58,317 bases of DNA from a virus (lineage: Duplodnaviria > Caudoviricetes), in the IMG/VR virus record IMGVR_UViG_3300050139_000117, positions 1 through 58,317 of that record. The stretch is one strand, 5' to 3'. The position numbers and the translations under genes were made by a program. Within the stretch, counting starts at the first letter, position 1; every line of letters begins with the position of its first letter. Positions 1-9,002 of this stretch are shown piece after piece. The notes below the pieces were generated by a model. That model saw nothing but the letters and a program-made list of their open reading frames with translations. It did no database searches and was not told the origin of the DNA.

Positions 1-306
1 TTCTGGATTAGTAATTTGTTTTAAGTGACCGTATTGGTTAGCATCAAATTCTGCTTGTGTTTCCATTCCACAATTCTTTATCGATAATACCTTAAAACTT
101 CTAACACCACACATAAGAGTTTTAGTGAAGCTTTGTGTTGTAAGGTCACCATTCTTAAGGCTAAACAAATTATCACCTGTTCCAACAAATGCTGTTTCAA
201 GTGTATCACCATTGGTTGTGATTATTTCAAAGTCGTATTGCTTTTTTTGTCGTGGACTACAAGCAACTAATAAAATTAGTGTTGAAAATAATAGAAAGTT
301 TTTCAT
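1..306 (-). CDS. Probable lipoprotein, truncated at window edge
   Basis: Manual translation MKTFLLFSTLILLVACSPRQ... with a lipobox-like LVAC; TACCTTTG promoter at 311-318. Confidence 0.55.
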   Translation of the reverse strand, partial: MKNFLLFSTLILLVACSPRQKKQYDFEIITTNGDTLETAFVGTGDNLFSLKNGDLTTQSFTKTLMCGVRSFKVLSIKNCGMETQAEFDANQYGHLKQITNPE

Positions 307-350
307 AATACAAAGGTAATGAAAGTTTTTGATATAACAAATTTTATTTA

Positions 351-386
351 TAAAAAAATCCCTAGTATGACCTACTAGGGATTTTT
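351..386. terminator. Intrinsic terminator (bidirectional-looking)
   Basis: AAAAATCCCTAGTA-loop-TACTAGGGATTTTT inverted repeat with A/T tracts, downstream of the OmpA-domain gene. Confidence 0.75.
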
Positions 387-403
387 GTATTGTGAAGTGT
401 GTA

Positions 404-2224
404 TTATTTCAACAATGTAATGTCTACACGTCTGTTCTTAGCACGACCAGTTTCTGTTTTGTTGTCGGCAACTGGTTCGTTTGAACCTTTACCATCAACC
501 AATTGGAATCTGTCAGCTGATATTCCTTTGCTTGTCAAGTACTGAACAACTGAGTTAGCACGACCCTTGGACAATGTTAAGTTGCTTTGTGGGTTACCAG
601 TGTTGTCAGTGTGACCAACTACTTTCAACTTTGTTTGTTCTGCTTGAATCAATAAGTTGTAGATAGTTTCCAAATCTTTTTCAGAACCTTGAATCGCTGT
701 GCTACCAGTAGCGAAGTTAATGTTCCATTGACCATCAGCCATTACTTCTGTTTTTGTTGCAGTGTAAGTGATTTTCTCAGTCTTACCAGCATCAACATCA
801 GAAACTGATTTCAAGAAGTACAAGTTAACAGCATCTTCGTAAGGAACAACACCATCTTTACATGTACCGTTGAAGTCGCATGGATTTAAGTCGGTTAAGT
901 ATGAAGATACTTGATTGTAAACCGCTTTGTAACGGTTGTTACCATCTGTGATACCGAAGTATTGCAGAGCATCAGCATAGTTCAACACTTTAGAACCACC
1001 AATGTTATAATCTAAACCATCTTTGGTACCTTTTTGACCTTTGAACATGTCATACCAGTATTTTGCTGATTCAAAGTTATACGTTTTGTATACAGCTTCA
1101 GATGCTTTAACAGCCCACTCATCATACAACTTGATTTGGTTGTTCGCAGTATAAGTAGCTTTCAACATTGCAACTACTTGCTTTTCGTTTTGTAAAGCCC
1201 ACTCTTTTACTACAATAATTGATGTAGCCATTTGGTTCATAAAATCTTTTGTAGAAATTACATCAGTGAAACCACTTAGAGCATCAAAGGCAACCTTATC
1301 GCCTGGTGTCCAAGTTACAGCACCGTCAATTTTATGGTTAACTGTTTCTCCAGTTAATTTACCATTCTTAACAACTTTTAAAGGCATTGTGTAGCCAGTT
1401 TTTTGCGATTTAATCAAATCTTTTACTGCTTCGATATAGTCATCGTTTGGAGCAGCAACAAAGTTGATTGCATCAGCATCATAAGTTGATGGGTCTGGAT
1501 TAATATTAATTTTATTAGCCGATGCATAGTTTACCGCTACAACCCAGTCACCGTCACCGATTACTGCTGAGATAACAGCACCTTTAAGCGATTGTGGATT
1601 GTCTTTCCAAATCTTTGGGCCGATTAATTTGTCTTCACCGAAAGACATACCGATTGCTGCGATGTTCTGTACATGGTATTTTCCTTTACCAAATTTTTCA
1701 TCCAATGACTTTTGAGTAGTCGTGATAAAAAAGTCAGCACCATCACCCATGATACTTACAGCAAAAGATGATTTGTCAGAGTTAGGGTTTGCATTACCGC
1801 CAGCAAGTTCTTCAACGAACTTAACAATCATGTTACGCAAATCATTCACACCGTCAATACGCACGATTTCCAAGTTAACTCCAGCGTTCTCCATAAGAGA
1901 GCCTTCAGTTGTACGTGGGCCACCGTTTGCGGCAATCATACCAGCGTTACCATTCCAAGCGTATTCTGCAATACGATAAAGAGGCAAACTAGATACCTTT
2001 GTTGATACAGCCACTGCTGGCAAAGGTAACAAAGCACCTTTTGTTTGGTTATCTAAATTATCAGAGCTTAACTCTAATGATTTCATCTGTTTAGATGCAG
2101 ACACTCGTAGACCAGGTGCAAACCAATACACCAACCCTAACACTAATAGAATACCAACTGTATAGATTGCGCCTTTTGTCAATCCTGTAAGTTTACTCCA
2201 CATTGTTTGTTTTCCGTTTTCCAT
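404..2224 (-). CDS. Membrane-anchored protein with periplasmic-binding-like domain and C-terminal OmpA peptidoglycan-binding domain
   Basis: N-terminal TM helix; OmpA_C motifs VVGHTDNTG, LSKGRANSV, NRRVDI; the PBP-like middle is inferred. Confidence 0.8.
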   Translation of the reverse strand: MENGKQTMWSKLTGLTKGAIYTVGILLVLGLVYWFAPGLRVSASKQMKSLELSSDNLDNQTKGALLPLPAVAVSTKVSSLPLYRIAEYAWNGNAGMIAANGGPRTTEGSLMENAGVNLEIVRIDGVNDLRNMIVKFVEELAGGNANPNSDKSSFAVSIMGDGADFFITTTQKSLDEKFGKGKYHVQNIAAIGMSFGEDKLIGPKIWKDNPQSLKGAVISAVIGDGDWVVAVNYASANKININPDPSTYDADAINFVAAPNDDYIEAVKDLIKSQKTGYTMPLKVVKNGKLTGETVNHKIDGAVTWTPGDKVAFDALSGFTDVISTKDFMNQMATSIIVVKEWALQNEKQVVAMLKATYTANNQIKLYDEWAVKASEAVYKTYNFESAKYWYDMFKGQKGTKDGLDYNIGGSKVLNYADALQYFGITDGNNRYKAVYNQVSSYLTDLNPCDFNGTCKDGVVPYEDAVNLYFLKSVSDVDAGKTEKITYTATKTEVMADGQWNINFATGSTAIQGSEKDLETIYNLLIQAEQTKLKVVGHTDNTGNPQSNLTLSKGRANSVVQYLTSKGISADRFQLVDGKGSNEPVADNKTETGRAKNRRVDITLLK

Positions 2225-2320
2225 GATTTTGTTTTTTACTTGTTTTTGTTTTGTTTATAGATTCGAGGATACAAAGGTAGTAATTATTTTTGATACTACC
2301 AAATGTATACTAAAATATTT

Positions 2321-3451
2321 TTAGAACATTTCACCAAAACCACCAGATTTTTGTTTATCAGATGATGTTAAGTTATATTCTGGGTTAGCATATGTTTTTG
2401 CTGATGGAACGATATCAGCACCAACTTTAATCTTATCAGCGATTTGACTTAAGTTAGCGAACAATTCATCAGAATCCAATGTGTAGTTACTTGTAAGTGT
2501 TTCGATATCTTTTAAGTTACCAGCAGTGATAGCGATATCAGCAGAGATAGTTGAAGTTACAACATCCAATGCATAATCAAATTCCCAACCTTTTGTAAAC
2601 CCTAAAGCTGATTTAGCAGCTGACGTTGCAGCGTTAGCTTTTTGACCGAATTCATAATCTTTTTTAAGCATATCGATAGTTGCATCAAAATCAGCAATTT
2701 TAATTTCCATTGCAGTTTCAACCATGGTAAGCTTTTGTCCCATCTTTTTCATAATTGCGGCACGTGTACCATATTTTTGAACAAAGTCTTTTGCTTGAGA
2801 CATTTTATTTGCAACACGTTGCATTTCACTTAATACTTTTTGAAATTCAGCAGCTTTATCAACGTAACTATCTTCAGACTTAGCATCAACACCTTTGGCT
2901 TTAACCATAGCTTCCATTTCAGCTTTCAATTTTTCAGCCTTACCTTGTAATGTTAATATACGAGTTTGTCCAGCTGTTGCTTCTTTTTCAGAATTTGTTG
3001 CTTGAATTTCCATATCTTGTTTCAACATAGCTATGTTACTTTTAGCAATACGGAAAGTAGCTTGGTTTTGAACCATTTTTTGACGTTCATCTTCAAGTTG
3101 TCCAAATGGGTCATATTTAATAACTGCTTTGTGAATAGCACGTGTGAGTCTACGAAGACCTTTGAAAACAACAGGTGCTATCAAGATACCAAACACAATC
3201 ATAACGCCTGTAGCAGCTACTGCTAACATTTGTCCGATAGCTTGGAATACTGGAGGTAATACATATACCCATGTTAAATAACCAGCACCAATAATGGCAC
3301 CTAATTTAAGAAACCAGAATATACCTTTTTCACCTTTGCGGAAATTGTCTACTTTCATAGCAATTTCATCTTTGCTAAAGTGTTTCATCATTGGTAGCTG
3401 GCTTAAGTTAGCTTCCAAGATACTTGATTTTGTTTGCGTTTGTGTTTGCAT
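2321..3451 (-). CDS. Two-TM long coiled-coil protein (PspA/IM30-like by architecture)
   Basis: Two hydrophobic helices then DPFGQLEDE and about 200 aa of heptad-rich helix. Confidence 0.5.
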   Translation of the reverse strand: MQTQTQTKSSILEANLSQLPMMKHFSKDEIAMKVDNFRKGEKGIFWFLKLGAIIGAGYLTWVYVLPPVFQAIGQMLAVAATGVMIVFGILIAPVVFKGLRRLTRAIHKAVIKYDPFGQLEDERQKMVQNQATFRIAKSNIAMLKQDMEIQATNSEKEATAGQTRILTLQGKAEKLKAEMEAMVKAKGVDAKSEDSYVDKAAEFQKVLSEMQRVANKMSQAKDFVQKYGTRAAIMKKMGQKLTMVETAMEIKIADFDATIDMLKKDYEFGQKANAATSAAKSALGFTKGWEFDYALDVVTSTISADIAITAGNLKDIETLTSNYTLDSDELFANLSQIADKIKVGADIVPSAKTYANPEYNLTSSDKQKSGGFGEMF

Positions 3452-3456
3452 TTTGT

Positions 3457-4161
3457 TTATTTTAAATTATTAATTATCCCTTGTTTAACTTGCTCAATTG
3501 AACTAATTACTGTATTTTTAGCAATATCGTTAGCAGCAAGCTTGCTATCGATTTCACTAAGCTTAGGGGCAAATTTACCGTCAATAGCTTTAAGCTTTGT
3601 CTCACGGTCTTGAATTTGAACCTTAAGTTGTTCCATTTGTTGTTTCATCAAATCCAACTCATTAGCCAATGATTCATTCTCATGGTTTTTTTGATTTAAT
3701 AATTCTTCTTTCTTAGCATTACCGCCAGAAATAAAACTATTATATGATTTAATAATTTCAGATGTATAAAATTCGGATTGTTGTAATAACGTTTCTTTGG
3801 ATATAGATTTATCCATCGTCTTAGCCATCTTAAAAGCCATTGTATAAGCCATGGCATTATCAGCACCAGCTTCAGTGATTGCTTGATAGAATTCATAGAA
3901 ATCGTAACCAGCTTGATTTAAAGAATCAAAACCATTACGATATACCTCAAGGGCTTTATCTAAATGTTCCTGTGAATATTCACCTTTACCAACTGGAGTA
4001 AAGGTAGGTGTATTGGATTTACCAAAGCCAAAACCGAAACCAGTCGATTGATTGGTTTCTTGAGATTCAACTTTCGGGAATTTTGTTTGAGAAACCTCTT
4101 TCTTGGTTTCTTTAGGTTTATCCGTTTCATCACTTTTAATGAATAGGTCTTTAAATGCCAT
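3457..4161 (-). CDS. Coiled-coil hypothetical protein, first gene of the putative membrane module
   Basis: 234-aa ORF with promoter motif at 4189-4196. Confidence 0.6.
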   Translation of the reverse strand: MAFKDLFIKSDETDKPKETKKEVSQTKFPKVESQETNQSTGFGFGFGKSNTPTFTPVGKGEYSQEHLDKALEVYRNGFDSLNQAGYDFYEFYQAITEAGADNAMAYTMAFKMAKTMDKSISKETLLQQSEFYTSEIIKSYNSFISGGNAKKEELLNQKNHENESLANELDLMKQQMEQLKVQIQDRETKLKAIDGKFAPKLSEIDSKLAANDIAKNTVISSIEQVKQGIINNLK

Positions 4162-4241
4162 TTTATTGTTTTAAATTGATTTCGGATACAAAGGTAGGTA
4201 ATATATTTGAATCCACCAAATATATTTTAAAATATTTTTAA

Positions 4242-4442
4242 TTAACAACAAGAATCACCAAACTGCGTTTTGTTTATAGCGAATATGATTCTGAATGTTC
4301 CTATAACTATAGAATAATTACTTGCATCATCAGATTCCCAATTTCTAATGCCAGTATGGTATACCTTAGAAACTTCTTTTGCTGTCTTAGGAAACGTATT
4401 AAATGCTAAATAAAACTTTTTACTTTTAAAACTTTTATACAT
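4242..4442 (-). CDS. Hypothetical protein
   Basis: ORF overlapping the upstream gene end. Confidence 0.45.
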   Translation of the reverse strand: MYKSFKSKKFYLAFNTFPKTAKEVSKVYHTGIRNWESDDASNYSIVIGTFRIIFAINKTQFGDSCC

Positions 4443-4674
4443 CGATTTTTAAATATTTTAATCGAACTCCAGATTTTAATTTCTTTACTAAATATCTTGG
4501 AACACAATATCTTTCTTCTTTACCATTTATTTCAACTGTCGCTATAACATCTAACCCATAATCAGAGCCTTCATGTTTAAAACCACCTTGCCATCTAATA
4601 ACATTATCAACTTTAACTTCATTATCAGCTAAATATTTTTTAATGTTTTCTAATCCTTGTTTATAAGTTTCCAT
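4435..4674 (-). CDS. Hypothetical protein
   Basis: ORF coupled to its neighbours. Confidence 0.55.
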   Translation of the reverse strand: METYKQGLENIKKYLADNEVKVDNVIRWQGGFKHEGSDYGLDVIATVEINGKEERYCVPRYLVKKLKSGVRLKYLKIDV

Positions 4675-5314
4675 GTGTTCTTCCTTTAGACCATCCCTTC
4701 AATTGATGACTATCTAATTCTTCTTTTTTAATCTTCTTATTCAATCCATCCTTTGTAATCCAACATGTACCAAATTGTGAATTTTCTTTACCAACACCCA
4801 TACCTTTAGATGATTTAGACATTAAATCTTTTGATTCGTCAGAGTGCGTTTTATTTTTGAAATTATCATACTTTTTCTTTCCATCTATATGTGCTTGTCT
4901 AGCACATTCAGCTAATAAACCAGAAATTTTTGTTTTGTATTTTTCATCTTTCCATTTATTAAGTTGATGCTTCGAAGCACCTTCACGAATTTTCTGTAGA
5001 ACATTATCAGATAACCCAGACAGCCCTCCACTACCACCTTCTTTCAAATTCATACAAAAAGCATCTTTAATTAAATCCAAAGTAACAAGTTCCTTTTCTC
5101 TAATTAATAATGATTCTCTTGTCTCAAAATATTCAAGTATCACTTTAACATGATTTTCAATACCATGTTTCCTAATTGAATATCTTAATCTTTTACCACT
5201 TCCCATATAACCATCATCAAGGTTACATGTACTGTGCATTCCTATATAATATCTACCAGTTACTACACAAGTAGTTTTGTAGATATAGTGTATTTTCTTT
5301 AGTTGTCTTCCCAT
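4661..5314 (-). CDS. GIY-YIG homing endonuclease (Seg-like)
   Basis: YIYKTT...YYIGMHST...YMGSG; paralog of 49847..50500. Confidence 0.85.
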   Translation of the reverse strand: MGRQLKKIHYIYKTTCVVTGRYYIGMHSTCNLDDGYMGSGKRLRYSIRKHGIENHVKVILEYFETRESLLIREKELVTLDLIKDAFCMNLKEGGSGGLSGLSDNVLQKIREGASKHQLNKWKDEKYKTKISGLLAECARQAHIDGKKKYDNFKNKTHSDESKDLMSKSSKGMGVGKENSQFGTCWITKDGLNKKIKKEELDSHQLKGWSKGRTHGNL

Positions 5315-5351
5315 ACATATAAATATACGGAAAGGTACAAAAAAGTCAAGG

Positions 5352-5423
5352 TACTCCCAGAGAGAATCGAACTCTCCTTTAAGGCTTGAAAAGCCTTCGT
5401 CCTAACCGATAGACGATGGGAGC
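5352..5423 (-). tRNA. tRNA-Glu(TTC)
   Basis: Cloverleaf; anticodon arm AAGGC TT-TTC-AA GCCTT; TTCGATT T-loop. Confidence 0.9.
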
Positions 5424-5426
5424 ATG

Positions 5427-5548
5427 TGAGTCACATCCAACAAGTCTCATGTACCTCTACAACTTGTAACGGGCTAGTGCTTCCTTGGAAATTTTACATG
5501 TTGTTAGTACAATACACAACCAAGACACATTACCGTATTTTATGACTC
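5427..5548 (-). ncRNA. Putative structured ncRNA closed by a 7-bp acceptor-like stem
   Basis: GAGTCAT/GTGACTC terminal pairing, GC-richer than flanks, directly upstream of tRNA-Glu. Confidence 0.35.
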
Positions 5549-5626
5549 GAAAAAAGCTATGCAATTTCTCACATAGCTTTTTTGTTTACAGATTTGAAAG
5601 GAGGTAACCTGTTAATACCTTATAGA

Positions 5627-6259
5627 TTACTTACGATTATCAGAACCTACATTGATAGAACCTACTGAACCAGCTTTTGCTCTTTCAGTACCAGCAGCAC
5701 GTTCAGCATCTAATTGTTGATACAATTTAGCTACTTGTTGCTCCAAGAAAGTTTTTTGTTCTGTTAATGTACCAATCTTAGAAGTGTTTTCAACAGATTT
5801 AGTGTTGTTTTCCGATTGGATTAATTTGATTTCGTTCTCGTATTGAGACTTCAATGAGTTAGCTACAATAGCAACTTCTTTTTTAGTGATAGCATCAGCG
5901 TTAGCTTTTGTGTCAGACAATTCTTTTTGTAAAGAAGCCAAATCACTTTTTGAAATAGCAACTTTATTTTGTTCGCTTAAGAAAGATGTAACTACGTTTT
6001 CTTTGCTTGCTTTGAAGTCTAATTCTAATTCAACTTCTTTTTGTCTTTTCTTTTCAGCAAATTCAACATCTAATGCTGCGATTGCTTCTTCTTTGTTAGC
6101 TACCAAAAGAGTTAATTCTTCTCCTAGTGCTCCTAATTTGTTAACTGACTCAGTTGCTGTTTTTAATTCAGATACTGCTTTAGTGATGTTTTGTGCTGCT
6201 TGACCTAATACTAATTCGGTTGTTGCACTTCTTTTAGCTGGGGTTGTTCCTTTTGCCAT
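5627..6259 (-). CDS. Coiled-coil hypothetical protein
   Basis: 210-aa helical ORF; terminator-like hairpin near 5551-5584. Confidence 0.65.
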   Translation of the reverse strand: MAKGTTPAKRSATTELVLGQAAQNITKAVSELKTATESVNKLGALGEELTLLVANKEEAIAALDVEFAEKKRQKEVELELDFKASKENVVTSFLSEQNKVAISKSDLASLQKELSDTKANADAITKKEVAIVANSLKSQYENEIKLIQSENNTKSVENTSKIGTLTEQKTFLEQQVAKLYQQLDAERAAGTERAKAGSVGSINVGSDNRK

Positions 6260-6515
6260 TTTGTTTTTGTTGTTTTTCTTTTTGTTATGTTATTTTTATT
6301 GTGTTCTAATTCTGTATATGCAAAGATACTAATTTAATCCTTACAAGTCAAGTAAAATATCGTTTATTTTACACTTTATTTTACTGAGTATCAATAAATT
6401 ATGAACACTAAAACAATGAAAAATCAACCTAAAAATGGACTAACTTTTATTATTTCTTTTGCAATGGTACGAGGAATTTTTTAATCAGTCAAGTAAAAGA
6501 CTAAATATATTTTTG

Positions 6516-6636
6516 TGGGGAGAATTTGATTTGAACAAACATTCACATCTACTTAATTGGGGTAGTTATAGTCATCTAAAAGATAATTATAAGCATCCCA
6601 AAACGAGCTTGTTGACTTAACTTAGTCGACCTCCCC
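6516..6636 (-). ncRNA. tRNA-like RNA with a long hairpin in place of the anticodon arm
   Basis: Acceptor GGGGAGG/TCTCCCC, D stem GACT/AGTC, T arm GTTTG-TTCAAAT-CAAAT. Confidence 0.6.
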
Positions 6637-6723
6637 ATTCATCCACTTGAGTCTAGTGGACTAGAATTGACTTCGTTTTTTACTATTCCAAAAACGATTT
6701 AATGGTCTTACCCAATATAAAAA

Positions 6724-6926
6724 AGTCAGTTGATACGTTGGAGTGTTTCAACAAAAACACTTTATTCCAATCGAGTTCTCGCTCTGGCCGTAGAACTATC
6801 TGCCTTAACTCTTTACGGAAGTTACAAACCTCTTGGTACTCTGGCCAATTTTTTGTGAATTAAGGGAACGAGCATCACTACATTTTTATCTTGGCTATTT
6901 TAGCCTAACCAAGCCCATTCACAAAT
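6724..6926 (-). ncRNA. Putative multi-hairpin ncRNA(s)
   Basis: Stems TTTGTGAAT/ATTCACAAA, AGTTCT/AGAACT, TTGGA..GTGTTT/AAACAC..TCCAA in a non-coding gap. Confidence 0.35.
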
Positions 6927-6929
6927 ATG

Positions 6930-7355
6930 TTATTTCTTTTTTCTAATAGCCTTTGTTTTCGGTACTGGAGTTGCTAATTCAGCAGCTGATAAATAAACGG
7001 CATTTGACATTCTAGCATGTCTAGCAAATTCAGTTTCATCTTGTACATATTCGTTGAATTCACTTTGTTCAAGTGTTACTTCTTCATTAACATCCCAATC
7101 AAACATCGCTACAATTTTATCGTAGTTATCTCTGTTATCAATAGGTGTTGTTAATTGTAATTGAAGAAGCATATCACCAGATTTAGCTTTCTTGGTTAGT
7201 TCAGCTAATTTAGCCAGAGCTTCTCGTTTGTAAGCGATGACTGCTTTAGCATATGCTTTGATGTGTGCTTCTTTATTCTCTTTGATTTTTGCAATCAGTT
7301 TGGCTTTGTTGACGGTGATTTGTCGGCTACCATTCATTCTCATGTAGTTTCCCAT
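6930..7355 (-). CDS. Hypothetical protein
   Basis: 141-aa ORF inside the RNA cluster. Confidence 0.65.
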   Translation of the reverse strand: MGNYMRMNGSRQITVNKAKLIAKIKENKEAHIKAYAKAVIAYKREALAKLAELTKKAKSGDMLLQLQLTTPIDNRDNYDKIVAMFDWDVNEEVTLEQSEFNEYVQDETEFARHARMSNAVYLSAAELATPVPKTKAIRKKK

Positions 7356-7387
7356 AATGGGTTGATATTAATACTCACGTTATTTTG

Positions 7388-7478
7388 TGGGGAAGGCTGG
7401 ATTCGAACCAACGACCCATCGATTTGGGTGAACTAAATCACTTAAAGCCAACTGCTCTACCCTCTGAGCTACCTCCTC
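7388..7478 (-). tRNA. tRNA-like gene with 18 extra nt in the anticodon loop (TTA anticodon if removed at 37/38)
   Basis: GAGGAGG/CTTCCCC acceptor, GCTC/GAGC D stem, GTTGG-TTCGAAT-CCAGC T arm, 25-nt anticodon loop. Confidence 0.6.
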
Positions 7479-7557
7479 TTTTTATCTCGTAGTTTTTAAG
7501 GCTCAGTCGATTACATTTCTGCTCGACCCAAGTAACCGTGATTAGTACAAACCTTTG

Positions 7558-7754
7558 TGGGGTCTGATGGTTTCGACCCACCAATATTTATCAGTTATAT
7601 CTTCTAGTTTATTTCCATCGTTACGTTTACGATTTATTTCTACTTTAACTTTTAACCTATCGTATTATCCAATATTATTTTGTATACAAATATTAATCGA
7701 ATAATCAGAAACAGATTACAAGTCTGTTGCGTTTACCAATTTCGCCAAGACCCC
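7558..7754 (-). tRNA. tRNA(TGT, Thr anticodon)-like gene with a roughly 130-nt variable region
   Basis: Perfect GGGGTCT/AGACCCC acceptor, ACAGA CT-TGT-AA TCTGT anticodon arm, GGTGG-GTCGAAA-CCATC T arm. Confidence 0.65.
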
Positions 7755-7757
7755 ATG

Positions 7758-7830
7758 TGGTACGGGCTGGAATCGAACCAGCGACACATAGATTTTCAGT
7801 CTATTGCTCTACCAACTGAGCTACCGCACC
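7758..7830 (-). tRNA. tRNA-Phe(GAA)
   Basis: Canonical cloverleaf, ATAGA CT-GAA-AA TCTAT. Confidence 0.95.
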
Positions 7831-7929
7831 ATTCGTAATGATTAGTCATATCTTAAGCATTTGAAGATATTGTTTTTCTTTCCTATCAACTTGCGTTGTG
7901 CTTCTAAATACTAACCATTACTTGTTGGC

Positions 7930-8277
7930 TTATCGGTGTATTTCTCCGAATGTTTCAAAGGTGTGAAAACTTACATCACCTTGCCAAATTATTCTAGTAA
8001 ACAAGTTCATCTCATATTGATGCAGACATACATCCAAGAGAAGTTACGGCCTCCGTACAACATGTTTTTTAGGGCCGAGAGTCTATCCTCGTTTTACCAA
8101 CCCATATACATGCCACTGGGAACGTATGATGTTCGTGCTATTGCTAGCTTTGCCTACCTCACCACCAGTACACGATTAAACGTCTACCTTCATGATTACC
8201 ATACTATCGCTATTCGAATTACCGATAAATCGCTACCTTAGGACCATTATTTGTTTTTAGATTGCTGTAACGAACCT
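7930..8277 (-). ncRNA. Putative ~300-nt structured ncRNA plus a 5' hairpin with CAGCAATC loop
   Basis: TTATCGGT (7930-7937)/ACCGATAA (8221-8228) long-range complement; GC-richer; promoter at 8331-8338. Confidence 0.45.
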
Positions 8278-8531
8278 TTATTACTAAAATATTTTTAAAT
8301 TCCTATATGTCAAAAAACGTTTTACTTCTGCAAAGGTACTAACAAATACTTGAAGTGTCAAGTAAAATTAGAAATTATTTTTAATCTAAATAAACACCCA
8401 TGTACTTTATACAAAAATTATCAAACCACATACCAACTTCATAATATAAATCAGCTATTTCAGCATGCTTGGTATTCTCCAATCCACTGATGATTGAATT
8501 CGCAATTGATTGAAGAATCCTTACTTTCATA

Positions 8532-8933
8532 TTAAGATATTGGGTTTAATTTGATTTCATAAACTACATAATCAGCAATATTCTTATCGCTGAAAAACTT
8601 ATTGACAACATCCGTTATATCATGACAATAAAAATAAGATGTTTGAATTGGCAAATCAGATGGACAAAGATTTTTATTCCACTTTACAGTAAATGAACTC
8701 ATTCCTTTAAGGCTTTTAACATAAGTTAATATGTCATCCAACGCATCTTTAGGTAAATATGTTTCAACTGATTTAAGTAAAAACATTTCTTTATTGGAAT
8801 TGTTTACAGTATAAGCAGAAACTCTGTGCTTATGATTGTGTGTTTCTTCGTACTTGAAGTGAACAGTTGCACCATTGTCTTTGGTTATAAAGGCAGCAAT
8901 TTCATGTTCTAAATTAATGAGTGTTTCTTCCAT
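8532..8933 (-). CDS. Hypothetical protein
   Basis: 133-aa ORF with TACCTTTG promoter just upstream. Confidence 0.65.
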   Translation of the reverse strand: MEETLINLEHEIAAFITKDNGATVHFKYEETHNHKHRVSAYTVNNSNKEMFLLKSVETYLPKDALDDILTYVKSLKGMSSFTVKWNKNLCPSDLPIQTSYFYCHDITDVVNKFFSDKNIADYVVYEIKLNPIS

Positions 8934-9002
8934 TTTACAAAGGTACTAAAAGTTTTTGAATAATCCAAATAAAAAAACCTAGTTTCCTAGGTTTTTTATG
9001 TT

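Noticed and set aside
5470-5495. SRP-like TCC-AA-GGA-AGCA resemblance
   Set aside because: It lacks the CAGG strand and GNRA loop of SRP domain IV.
6516-6636. tmRNA
   Set aside because: Too short, no G3-U70 pair and no tag reading frame.
7936-8241. 101-aa plus-strand ORF
   Set aside because: It is antisense to a promoter-driven RNA cluster, has a GTG start and shows no protein motif.
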